This document shows positions 1-11,879 of a stretch of DNA of 51,554 nucleotides, in pieces (position 1 is the stretch's first letter; every line of letters starts with the position of its first letter). The position numbers and the translations under genes were made by a program. The DNA is taken from assembly GCF_001194135.2 (NCBI RefSeq), contig NC_068994.1:23770176-23821729 (forward strand). The letters are read 5' to 3'. Origin of the DNA: Octopus bimaculoides. Taxonomy: Eukaryota. Under the pieces are notes generated by a model. It was given only the letters and a program-made list of their open reading frames with translations. It made no database searches and had not been told where the DNA came from.

Positions 1-40
1 ACCTATCTATCTATCTATCTATATATATATATATATATAT
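1..40. repeat. (ATCT)n/(AT)n compound microsatellite
   Basis: Read directly from the sequence. Confidence 0.95.
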
Positions 41-180
41 GGTGAACAAAACTGTACAAATCCAAATATATGGTACCCTAGGCATAACACCTACATGAAC
101 TTCTAACTTGTTGTCTCTTGAGGTCTCTGGGTGAGACTTGGATCCAACTTGTACAAATGCAAAACAAAAGTCAAACATAA
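41..180 (+). mobile_element. R4/Dong-like retrotransposon 3' UTR fragment
   Basis: TGTTGTCTCTTGAGGTCTCTGGGTGAGACTTGG...TTGTACAAATGCAAA matches the 3' UTR that follows an RLE ORF at about 21005-21062. It ends in (AAT)n. Confidence 0.75.

Positions 181-253
<73 letters not shown>
181..253. repeat. (AAT)n microsatellite between two R4 copies
   Basis: Perfect AAT array. Confidence 0.98.
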
Positions 254-255
<2 letters not shown>

Positions 256-256
<1 letters not shown>

Positions 257-1680
257 TAAAGGAGATGGTATACAATATGCTACTATGAAGAGAAAAATAA
301 GAAAGGAATATTACAGGAGAATAAGATTCATACTAAATCCTGAACTCGACTCTAAAAATCGCATCGAGGCCATTAACACCCTGACACTTCCAGTAGTCCA
401 ATATAGTTTTAACATCATTAACTGGAATCTTACAGAGCTCCAATGCCTGGACAGGAAGATAAGAAAAATACAAACTTCTAAGAACATGCACCACCTAAAA
501 GCAGATGTTGATCGTCTGTACCTACCTAGACGTTATGGGGGAAGAGGAATTATGCAAGTATAACTGTACTATAAGACCTCCACAATAGCAATGAACAGGT
601 ACTTATCTAGTACAGAAGACTGGACGCTGCGACTTGTGTGCAAATACGTAAGCAGCAAAAAATCCCATTAACCCTAAATAGTTGAAGTACCTGAAACTAC
701 TGTTTGACAACAAGCAAAATGGATCAAAAAGACTGCAAAGAAGAACGGGCAGAAACAAATTGAGGAGCGGTGGAGACAGAAGCATCTGCATGGACAGTAT
801 ATACTTCGAAACCTAAATGCTGATGTAGATCAAGCAACAACCCATCAGTGTCTGAGAAGTTCAGGACTGAAAGCAGAGACTGAAAGTTTCATATTAGCAG
901 CACAAGATCAAAATTTGCTCACAAAAAACTACCAGGCTAACGTTCTTCAAAACGAATCTGACTCTAAATGCAGATTCTGCGACACATTTGATGAAACAAT
1001 AGACTATCTCGTCTTAGAATGTCCTGTGCGGACACCAAACGAATAGAAAGATCGCTACGATAGGGTATAACAGTATTTACATTGGAAAATATGCAGACAC
1101 TACAAAATCAGCACTCTTTCTTACTGATATGAACATCATCCTGAATCAGTCGTTAAAAGTAAACATGTCACTATACTCTGGGATTTTCCAGTCAACACGC
1201 ACAGAAAAATCCAGGCTAAGCGACCAGACAAAATTATTAAAGACAGGGAAGAAAATACTTGTACACTAATAGATGTAAGTGTTCCCATTGATAAAAATAT
1301 ATATCTTCCAAGGAATTTGACAAACTAAGTGAATATAAGGAGCAGGAAATTGGAAAGTAAAAGATGTGGCATCTTAAAACGATAATTGCTCCTGTTATTG
1401 TAGGTGCCCTAGGTATGATAAAAAAGGGATGTCAAAAACATCTAGATAATATCCCAGGAGAACCATGTCTCAGACAAATCCAAAAGATTGTGCTGACAGG
1501 TACTGCCCGCATCTCTAGGAATACACTCTTCACTTAAATGTATGTGTTGTATTACATGAAGATATTTCGCTACCGCCCTTCCACCATCTTTCATTCATAC
1601 TGTAACATCTCTTATCCTTCATTCTCCCCAGGACACTGGGTATGTCTTGGCAAGTGACTGTAACAAAGATGCAGATTTAA
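256..1680 (+). mobile_element. 5'-truncated, degenerate R4/Dong-clade non-LTR retrotransposon (RT thumb, CCHC finger, RLE endonuclease, 3' UTR)
   Basis: ORF 285-563 reads KEYYRRIR..ELDSKNRIEAINT..DVDRLYLPRRYGGRG. Downstream frames give GLKAETESFILAAQDQ, CRFCDTFDETI, YDRV, KRPD and IIAPVIVGALGMIKKG. There are many stops and frameshifts. Confidence 0.92.
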
Positions 1681-1705
1681 AATAATAATAATAATAACAA
1701 TAATG

Positions 1706-1783
<78 letters not shown>
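1681..1783. repeat. (AAT)n microsatellite
   Basis: Nearly perfect AAT array. It explains the poly-Ile and poly-Leu pseudo-ORFs. Confidence 0.98.
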
Positions 1784-1785
<2 letters not shown>

Positions 1786-2353
1786 CAAGAATGTGTCATA
1801 CTCAGTAGCAAAACAGGCAAAGGAATATCTAAGTGAATTCCAAATACAAGAAATTCCAGAATTAGACGTACTGGAAACAAACACAGGAAAAGCTAAGCAT
1901 ATGAAATCCCGTGCTAAAACTGCTGTCTTAGATATTCTTACCGATAAATGGCAAGAAAAACCTAAAGACAAGGGAGTTGCTGACTAGATATGGGATACTC
2001 CACTCATATACCCAAAGAAAGCTAATAGTGCCGATGTTGACAAAGCCCTTATCCCATCACTAGTTAGTGGCTTCTGGCTTAAAATCAGACGCAGAAGGGT
2101 TTATCATAGCAGCCCAAGATGAATGCCTACCTACAAGACTCTACCAGGGCAACATATTAATGAACGGCAGTAGCCCAATATATCGTGTATGTCAACAACA
2201 AAATGGAACCATTGATCATGTTGCCTCCATGTGTAGTCTTCTTGCGCCTACAGAGTATCTCAACAGGCATGATAGAGTAGCACAATATATTCACTGGGTA
2301 ATTTGCAAAAACCTGGACTTGCCCCATGATAAAAACTGGTGGGAACGCAAAAC
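1784..2353 (+). mobile_element. R4/Dong-clade fragment (post-RT linker, degenerate zinc finger, RHD motif)
   Basis: ORFs give KWQEKP and SGLKSDAEGFIIAAQDECLPTR..RVCQQQNGTIDHVASMC..EYLNRHDRVAQYIHW..KNWWE. Confidence 0.9.
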
Positions 2354-3817
2354 ACCTCAATCTTTATGGTAAAGATGAATGTTCCCTCGTTGATACGGTG
2401 TATACTTTCATTGCTGATATCAGAATGCTGTTCTAACTGAAAAACTGTGGTGAGTTAGTCTTGAAGAGAGGCAACATCAAATGTAGGTACGCGTCAGTGA
2501 TACCGTTAGGGGAGGTTATGAAGCAGATAGAAGAGACGGGCTATAAGTACTTGGGAATATTGGAAATGAATAAATTGATGGAGAAAAATTGACAGAAATA
2601 TTTAAGGTGGAGTACTTGCGCATACTGAGACTGATCTTAAAGTCGAAATTACACGGACGTAATAAGATTGAAGCTATCAACACTTGGGCGGTTTCACTAC
2701 TTAGATATGGAGTAGGGGTAATCGCATGGACAGTAGACGAATTAAACAGCTTAGACAGAAAGACAAGGGAGTTGCTGACTAGATATGGGATACTCCCCTC
2801 AAAAAGTGACACTGTCAGACTGTATATGTACCAAGAAAAAGAGAGGAAAGTGGACTGATTAGATGCATACACAGCATTAGAGCAAAAAAATGCCACAGAC
2901 CCACTATTATTGGAAGTAAGAAGGTCAGGCTTGTGGAGGATGGAAGATTGCAAAGATACAGCACTGTACAAGTACTTGAGAATGAATGAAACTGAAAATA
3001 GGTAGATAAAGAAAAGAATGCATGGACAGTTTCATGGGGATGATGAAGATAAGACAGGAAGAGAAAAAAGATGGCTATTGATGACTAAAAGTGATTTAAA
3101 AGCGGAAACAGAGGCTCTAATCTGTGCTGCCCAAGAGCAAGCATTAAGAACTAATTACATCAAATACAGAATAGACAACAGAAAGTGATGTGCAGTATTT
3201 GTGGATAAGATGGTGAAACCGTATGGCATATTACCAGTCAATGTACGCCATTAGCCCAGAAAGAATATAAGACACCTCATGACAACATAGCAAGGATTTT
3301 CCTTTGGACACTTTGCAACAAGTATGGACTTGACAAAGCAAAAATGTGGTACATACATAAACCCGAAGACATCATCGAAAATGATAATACAAAGATCCTA
3401 TGGGATTTTATGATGAAGTATGACCATGAGTTAGAGAATAGGAAACCAGACATAGTGTTAATTGAGAAAGAAAGCAAACTATGCTGGATCATAGATATAA
3501 GATGCCCAGCTCACAACAAGGTATGTGATAAGGAAAAGATAAAAGTAAATAGATATGACAGGTTAGCTTGGGAGGTTAAGCAGTTTGTGGTCGCTGAAAA
3601 AGGTGGTAGTAGAACCAAAAATTGTCGGAGCCCTGGGACCAGTAAGTAAACATCTTGAGAAGAACATGGAACAAATAGGGGTTGCAATAAGGGCGGAGTT
3701 TGCAACCGCTCGAATACTCCGGATGGTGCTCGAAAAATAAGGGGTGTTACCTTAGTTCACTGCTAGTGAACAAACGGCACCGTAGTGCATCTCCAGCGTT
3801 AGAAGCTGTGCAAAGAC
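2354..3817 (+). mobile_element. R4/Dong-clade element, family B copy 1 (end of RT to 3' end)
   Basis: ORF 2589-2858 reads SKLHGRNKIEAINTWAVSLLRYG. Also RMHGQF, ETEALICAAQEQALRTN, and ORF 3344-3649 ILWDF..ENRKPDIVLIEK..IIDI. Colinear with 25375-26622. Confidence 0.93.

Positions 3818-3870
<53 letters not shown>
3818..3870. repeat. (AAT)n microsatellite
   Basis: Perfect AAT array at the 3' end of the family B copy. Confidence 0.98.
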
Positions 3871-3873
<3 letters not shown>

Positions 3874-3879
3874 TAAATT

Positions 3880-6307
3880 TAAATGAGTATTATTTTCTCG
3901 GATATAGTTCAATACCAGCATACCACACACAAACATATCAACGGGAAGAAAGGCGAAACAAATCAAAAACCTAGAAACAGTGAAGGTGAGCCTAATGATT
4001 ATGATAATCTAAAAATGTGCATAATCAAAGAATTGAAAGTAACAGATCTCCATATGGACTATCGATTGTACCTCCTAAAAATTAAAATAGATGTAAAAAC
4101 ATCAATAATAAATAGCATGAACCTGGCGTCACAGAACTAATAGCCACAGAAACAAATGTTAATATCACTGAGCTAAATAACAGAATATATGCAGCAGCCA
4201 CTGTGGCCACAAAAGAAGCTGGATTCTCCATCAAACCCATCCAAACAGGAGCACCACCACCCAACCAAACCCTGTGGATAAATAATATCCGGAAAAAATT
4301 GAAAACAAGAGAAAAGATCTGTCAATCCTTAAGGAAACTAGTAGACAATCAACAAGAACAAGAAGAGAACAAAAATACTGTACAAATACAACATTACAGA
4401 AAAAGGTATACCTGAGATAAAAGAACAGCTAAAGCAAGATATCCTCGCCAAAGCACAAAGGATCCGCTGGTATGAGAAACGCCAACGTTTCTTTGAACAA
4501 AACAAACAGTTCAACTCCAACTCCAAAAGATTCTACCGAGAACTTGGCAAAAATTAAATAGACATCAATGCAGCACCAAGATCAGAAGAAGTGGAAGAAT
4601 TTTGGAAATGTATATGGTCGGCGAAGGAACAACCACAGAAAAAGTCTATTAAACAACAAACTCAGCACCTGAACAACTCTGGACCCCTATAACAACTGAA
4701 GAGGTCACCCAGGCACTGCAAAGACTAAGCGACTGGAAGGCACCCTGGTACGATAAGATCCCCTTCTTCTAGTTAAAATATATGACAGGAACACACACAA
4801 AGCTGACTGAGAAATTTAATGAAATAATAGCAGAACCAAAGACAATACCTGAATGGCTCACGAATAGAAAAACTACCTTAATTCCAAAATCCACGGAAAC
4901 GGCAAACCCACAAAATTACAGACCAATAACTTGTCTTCCTATTATTTACAAAGCATTTACTACAATAATATCGCAGAGAATGAGCAAGCATCTGGAAAAA
5001 AACAACCTGTTTCCAGGGATGCTGCAAGGGCTCATACGGCTGTAAAAATCAACTAATGATCAATTAAGCCATAACTGAAGACAGTCGCAGAAAGAAGAAA
5101 GGCCTCAGTATGGCCTGGATGGATTACCGAAAGGCTTTTGATAGTATTCCCCATACATGGATCCTAGAAACACTAGCCATGAGCAAGGTAGCAACTATAA
5201 TCATAAGATATATACAATACTCTATGAATAATTGGAAGACAGTGCTACAGTTTCAGACAAAAGAGGGACTCATAAAAACCAAAGCTATCCCCATTGGAAG
5301 AGGAATATTCCGGGGAGACAAGCTCTCTCCACTCCTTTTCTGCTTGGCACTTACACCTTTATCTGACATGCTAAACAGAACTAGATGTGGATACAATTGT
5401 TACGGCAAAACAATCAGCCACCTTTTATATATGGATGACCTAAAACTGTATGATAAACAGCTGGAAACATTACTACGGACAGTACATGGATTTACCAAAG
5501 AAATAAATATGAAATTTAGCTTAGAAAAATGTGCCAAAGCAACCTTGAAAAGAGGAAAACTAGTTAAGAGTAGCAACATCACACTAGATGAAGTAAACGA
5601 AGTAAGAGAATTAGACCAAAGCCAGACATACAAATATTTATGAATCAACGAACTAGATACGATACAACACATATAAATGAAAGAGAAAATAAAAAAAAGA
5701 ATACTATACACGAGTTAGATTAATACTGAAAACAGAGCTCAATGCGAAAAACAAGATAATAGGTATCAACACTTTAGCCGTCCCAGTAATAAGTTACAGC
5801 TACAATATCCTTAACTGGACACTAAATGAACTAATCAAAATAGACAGGAAAACAAGAAAAATAATGACAGGATTTAGGATGCACCAACCAAAATCTGACA
5901 TAGAAAGGCTATATATACAACATACAGAATGTGGTAGAGACCTTATACAGCTAGAAATCTATTACAAAATGATCACCATAGGACTACAAAAATACCTACT
6001 TCAGGAGCAAGGAAAACTAATACAAATAGCCACAAAACACGAACAAAATTAAAAAAACTGTTTTCAGTCTTTAAGGAAGCTGACAAACAAGAAGTCATAC
6101 TACCTAACAACTATGAAGAAAACGAAGAAACAACAAAAGCTGTAAAACAAATGAAATCCATACTAAAACTAGAACAGCAACGGATCATGATAAATCGATG
6201 GCAAGAAAGAGCCCCTTCATGGAAAATACTGCGTTAAACTAAACGCAAAAGAAACAGACAAAGCAAAATCCCTGCATTGGCTGAGAAGCTCAGGACTCAA
6301 AGCAGAG
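3880..6307 (+). mobile_element. R4/Dong-clade element, N-terminal domain plus full RT, 3'-truncated
   Basis: ELNNRIYAAA, KRFYRELGKN, PQNYRPITCLPIIYK, AWMDYRKAFDSIPH, RGIFRGDKLSPLLF, HLLYMDDLKLY, DIERLY and WLRSSGLKAE, spread over several frames. Confidence 0.95.
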
Positions 6308-7781
6308 TTAAGTAAAATCTAGAAAGAAAAATCTAACAATAGCATGGGCAGATTATAGAAAAGTCTATGACATGATCCCACGCTTAGGGATAAGTGAATG
6401 TTTGAGTATGTTCAGTATAGTAGCCAATATAAGAGAATTAATTAGCTTTAGCATGAAGAAATAGAAAGTAGATCTCTACTCAGGTGACACACTCTTAGGA
6501 AAAGTTAATATCAAAAGAGGAATTTTCCAGGGGGACTCGTTGTCCCCTTTAATATTTGTTCTATTCTTGATTACCCTCAGTTTCGTACTAAGGAAGGCAA
6601 AGGAAGGGTATCAGTTCAGAAATAGTAAAGGAAAAATAACCATTTGCCCTACATTAATGACCTGAATCTTTTTAGTAAGAATGAACAAAAGATAGATTCC
6701 TTAATACAGAATGTATGACTCTTCAGCAAAGATATGGGCATGGAATTTGGCATAGATAATGTGCAATATTAGTCATCCGATTATCAGATGGCCATACATT
6801 AAAATCATTGAAAGAAGGAGAGTTATAGGTATCTAGGAGTATTAGAATCGGACAGAGTACTAACCACAGAAAAGAAAACGAAAATTGCGGAGTACATAAG
6901 AAGGGTGAGGAAGTTAATGAAGTCAAAGCTAAGAGGTCCGAACTTAATGAAGGCTGTAAATACTTAGTGTCATTACTTAGATACTCAGTAGCTTTTGTAT
7001 ATTGGACAAAAGCTGAATTAGCAAAGCTAGAGAGAACTTGAAAGGAATTTAATATGAATGGAGGACTCCACCCAAGGGCAGGAGTAGCAAGATTATACCT
7101 ACCTAGAACGGAAGGTAGAAGAGGGTTAATATCAGTGGAAGACTACGTGGAGAGTAGATATAAACTCCTATGTAGGTAATAGTGAAGATATTTATTAAAA
7201 GCTGCTAGAGTTTCAGCAAGACATAGGGAAACCAAAACACAAAACGAAGTTAAAAACCAGAAAAAAGAACAGAAATTATCTGAGTGGTAGAGGAAGGCGT
7301 TGCGTGGTAGATTCTCAAAGACAGTTTCAGCAAACAGTAGTAGTGAAGCATGGTTATGGCTACAGAATGGAAAGCTGAAGCGGGAGACAAAAATGTTTGT
7401 TAGTAGCTGCAAAAGATCAAGCATTAAGGACTAACTGCATAAAAGCCGAGATGGACAAAAACCAAGTAGATTCCCAATGTTAGTTATGCAAATCAAAACA
7501 GGAAAGCGTTACTCATATAGCAAGTGAATGTAGTATACTAGCACAGAAAAACACAAGCAAAGAAATGACAATCTAGGGAGAGCAATCCACTGGGAGTTTC
7601 GTAGAAAGCTAGGATTTGAACATACTAATAAATGGTATGAACATAAACCTAGTAAAGTACTAAAAAGTAAGAAATGTAAGATGTTGTAGGACTAACACTG
7701 AGCTAATAGAAGCTAGAAGGCCTGATTTGGTAGTAGTAGATAATGAGAACAGAAAGTGCCAGATAATTGACTTTACAGTTC
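6308..7781 (+). mobile_element. R4/Dong-clade element, family C copy 1 (mid-RT to RLE, truncated at both ends)
   Basis: NLTIAWADYRKVYDMIP, RGIFQGDSLSPLIF, ARLYLPRTEGRRGLISVED, AAKDQALRTN, EARRPDLVVVD..IIDFTV. Similar to 49689-50850. Confidence 0.9.
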
Positions 7782-8979
7782 TTGTTTATGTCAACTCATC
7801 GGTTGTGGTACTTTCTTTTGGACATGTCTGCCCTTCTGTTCTGGTTCTGTAGGTAGTGAAACCGTAAGTCAACCGTTGAACCACAACCGTGGCACCTCGG
7901 CCTTCTATCCTCTACGTTAACCCTTAGTTTTACTCCATTCGAGAGGGAAATCAGGTCTGTGACTTTCTGTAACTGTTCTGGCTTCACGTGGAAAAGAGCC
8001 TCCAAGGTAATCCCAATCCAATTCTCAATCTTTTAACATCCAGGAGATTCTCCGCGCCATCCGTACAAATACAGGCGAGAATCCACCATACAGCTAAGCC
8101 TGGTGGGACTCCAGGTACCGTAATTCGTACCGCCTTTCTTCACATGTACGTTAGGAAGAGGGCGATTTCCTTGGTGCAATGCGTGGTCACCGAGTTCTGT
8201 GTCGCCTGCTCCTCGGTCTTAAAAAGAACTCTTCTCCGCCGTACTACCTCGCTCTCGCAATGTGGTGGATATCCTGCCATATACGTTTCAAGGCTGTTTC
8301 CATCTGGTCCCGTTTAGCATTTTCGATTTGCCTTGTTTTTGTGTTCATTAGGCTGTTGCTTGGAGCACGTCAATTGGAAGCGTCAATTCAGCCCTCCTTC
8401 CTTTCATCTTCATATATTTTGCCGCCTTGTTTAGCTTTTCGATTTTGTTCTTCAATGAGATGTTAACCAATTCCTTAGCAGCCGTGATATTTGCAAGCGT
8501 TTCTTTCCCACCGCTAACACCATTTTTGTTAGGTTCTTCGCCGCTTCAGTATTGTTTTGCGTGCTACTGCGATTTCCACGTAGTGAGAAAGATTTTACTC
8601 CATCCTTCCTCTCGTTTTCTTTCTGTTTTCTTCTTTCTTCTTTTCTTCACTCTTTACTTCTTCCTTCTTTTCTTCCTGTCTACTACCAAAGGAAAGTCCT
8701 CGTGCAAATTACAGTACCACCTTCCTTCCCCACACCTGCTTTTCGTCGCCATCTTTAATGTTTACTTTCATCGAAGCAAATTTTCGAAGAAATTTGAAAA
8801 CAAAGGTTTGTATCACCCCTAAAATGGGGCTTTGGTTAACAAACGTCAGAACCATCCCCCCGCCAGAAGGGCAGCTGGCTTGCAAAACAATTTAACCAAC
8901 AAAATACAGTATAAAATCTTTTAAAACAAGAGAATTAAACATAAACTTACAGCGCTCCAAAAACACATCTCCAGCTAGC
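7782..8979 (-). mobile_element. L1/Tx1-like ORF1 (gag-like, zinc knuckle) remnant with probable 5' UTR
   Basis: The minus strand gives a Lys-rich N-terminus, then RKAVRITVPGVPPGL, then GVKLRVNVEDRRPRCHGCGST, the CxxC knuckle context typical of L1/Tx1 ORF1. Frameshifted. Confidence 0.65.
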
Positions 8980-8983
8980 AATG

Positions 8984-9056
<73 letters not shown>

Positions 9057-9066
9057 TAATAATAAT
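8980..9066. repeat. (AAT)n microsatellite
   Basis: Read directly from the sequence. Confidence 0.98.
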
Positions 9067-9272
9067 CCTTTCTACTATAGGTACAAGGCCTGGATTTTGT
9101 GGAGAGAGGGACAGTCGATCATATCGACCGCAGTACTCAACTGGTACTTGATTAATCGACCCCGAAAGGATGAAATGCAAAGTCGACCCCAGTGGAATTT
9201 GAACTCAGAACGTAAAGCAAACAAATGTTGCTAAACATTTTGACTAGCCTGATTATGATTCTACCAGCTTTC
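9067..9272 (-). mobile_element. tRNA-derived SINE with Nin-like central domain (SINE family 1)
   Basis: Reverse complement matches the + copy at 31373-31582: B-box GAGTTCAAATTCC, central TTTCATCCTTTCGGGGTCGAT, tail CCTTGTACCTATAGTAGAAAGG(ATT)n. Confidence 0.85.
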
Positions 9273-10592
9273 TTTATAATAACAATAACTATGCGTCATG
9301 GCAACGACGAAGAAGGCAACATTTAATTACGATCACTTAATTACATGCTATATAAAGAAACTGAGATAAGAAAATGCGATAAATCATAGACGTCCAAATA
9401 CGATGAACTCGGCATTGTACAGCGCACAAATAAAAAGATTAAGAAGGAATGTTATAGATTCATTAATATCTATCATGCATTAAAAGTTAGTTTGAATCTT
9501 GCTTGCTTGCTTGCAATGTTACTGAGTCAAACTGGTGCATAATGGAAAAATATTATGAATTAAGTTTACCCTAAAATGTTAATACGAACGGAATAAAACA
9601 AGTTTTGCATAAATCGGACAGGTAGTTTTAAAGATATTAGAGGTTTTCGGGTATAAATACGCAAAATAGTGAATAATGGGAAAATATTCCGAAAATAAAC
9701 TTCTACTGAAAGAGAAGAAACTCTTATCTTTCTAATAGAAACAGTGACTTGACAACAAAAATACAGTAAATGAACTTTGAATGTATAAGAGTATAAACAA
9801 GCGTAAAATAGTGTAAACAACTAAAATAAAAGTACATCTAAACAACAGTTTTTCCTTAATACATTTTATGTAGTGGTCGAAGAAAGCTCTGGCTTTCGTT
9901 AAGAGTGGCCCACATCCTCATTCATGATACAGAGGCTGGAAACCTATTTTAGTTCGGGAGTGAATCGTCATCACATGTCATTTGGTCGCAAACACGTCAT
10001 ATAGCTACAATAGAATGCTGTATCACCAACAATAATGTGATTTCTCTAAGACATCACCCAGTAATCTATCAAGTCCATTTACACATTTCTCAATACATAC
10101 TGCTGTTATGACTTCCCTCCCTCATTCTATGCCTCCGTCGTAGATGGGTTATATTTGCTAGTATACATAATACAACTCAGAAATAACATTTTTATACACT
10201 AAACATTGCATACACGCACGCATGCACGCACACACACACACGCACAACAAACACACTCACACACACATATCTAAATATGATTTAGAAGTAACACTTTTAC
10301 ACACAAAACAGTACACACACACGTATATGCGTGTGTGTATGTATTCTTGTATAGGCTGTATTATTATTAGGTACAATTATTTTTATCAATGTAGAGAACC
10401 GACGTATAAACATAAAAACATAAGTCTTAAGTAATTAAGAGCATAATTAATAACATTGTTAAACTTCAGCAAGTTCATATGAAGCAGTAGGACTGACTTA
10501 CATGTAATCAGTGAAAACGATCTTTAAGAACAATATTTTAGAATAAATGTNNNNNNNNNNGTGTGTGTATACAGAGAGCAACAGAGAGAAAG

Positions 10593-10640
<48 letters not shown>

Positions 10641-10820
10641 GCCTACACTTACAAACAAATAAACGCTTAAAATACTGCTATAAAATTTTAAATATCACAA
10701 TATATAGTAGCGGTGAGTTAGCAAATGTATTAGCAACTTCAGTGTAAAAATATAAGGATGTTGGGGCAAGGCTTTCTACTTGTCTACACACACACATACA
10801 CACGCGCGCGCGCGTGTATT

Positions 10821-11118
10821 AGGGCTCATGGCTAAGTGGCTAGGGTGTTGCGCTCACGGTTGCGAGATCGTGGTTTCAATTCCTAGACCAGGTGGTGTGA
10901 TGTGTTTTTGAGCAAAACACTTCATCTCACGTTGCTCTGCAGTAACTTCGACACCTGATGTGTGGTACACCGTGCGCCTGTCTAAGCAACATCAATTTGA
11001 TGGAAAGAGTGGCCTGATGTACGGCACATACATTTAATCACTATAAACAAATCACTTGTGCAGGACGTTCGGCAAAAGCTGAACGCTCATACGTAGTCTT
11101 CGACGGGAGAGTCTACCG
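10821..11118 (+). mobile_element. tRNA-derived SINE (family 3) ending in (TA)n
   Basis: A-box TGGCTAAGTGG, B-box-like GTTTCAATTCC, V-domain-like TGTGTTTTTGAGCAAAACACTT, tail CGACGGGAGAGTCTACCG then (TA)n. Confidence 0.75.
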
Positions 11119-11149
<31 letters not shown>

Positions 11150-11159
11150 AGAGAGAGAG

Positions 11160-11629
11160 NNNNNNNNNNNNNNNNNNNNNNNNNNNNNNNNNNNNNNNNN
11201 NNNNNNNNNNNNNNNNNNNNNNNNNNNNNNNNNNNNNNNNNNNNNNNNNNNNNNNNNNNNNNNNNNNNNNNNNNNNNNNNNNNNNNNNNNNNNNNNNNNN
11301 NNNNNNNNNNNNNNNNNNNNNNNNNNNNNNNNNNNNNNNNNNNNNNNNNNNNNNNNNNNNNNNNNNNNNNNNNNNNNNNNNNNNNNNNNNNNNNNNNNNN
11401 NNNNNNNNNNNNNNNNNNNNNNNNNNNNNNNNNNNNNNNNNNNNNNNNNNNNNNNNNNNNNNNNNNNNNNNNNNNNNNNNNNNNNNNNNNNNNNNNNNNN
11501 NNNNNNNNNNNNNNNNNNNNNNNNNNNNNNNNNNNNNNNNNNNNNNNNNNNNNNNNNNNNNNNNNNNNNNNNNNNNNNNNNNNNNNNNNNNNNNNNNNNN
11601 NNNNNNNNNNNNNNNNNNNNNNNNNNNNN
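11160..11629. other. Assembly gap. Other gaps at about 10551-10560, 22984-23320, 27117-27633, 34752-35089, 37372-38238 and 49234-49299
   Basis: Runs of N, mostly bordered by dinucleotide microsatellites. Confidence 1.
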
Positions 11630-11661
<32 letters not shown>

Positions 11662-11879
11662 GAAATTCCCCCGCAAAAACATTTGAAAATGAATACGTTA
11701 GCGAAATAAATAAGAATCGTTATATCGGAATGTCGATTACTATATGAGGAGTGATGGTGCAATGAGAGCTAGTCATAGGTCATCATCAACAACATCTGCT
11801 TGACTGGTGAAGAATTTATCCAAAGTTGTTAAAGGTTTATATCGCATAATCCCTATACAGCTCTGAGTAGGAATGAGTT

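Noticed and set aside
1612-1987. ORFs with poly-Ile, poly-Leu, poly-Asn or poly-Tyr (also near 8947, 19658, 26848, 27081 and 44339)
   Set aside because: They are translations of triplet microsatellites, not genes.
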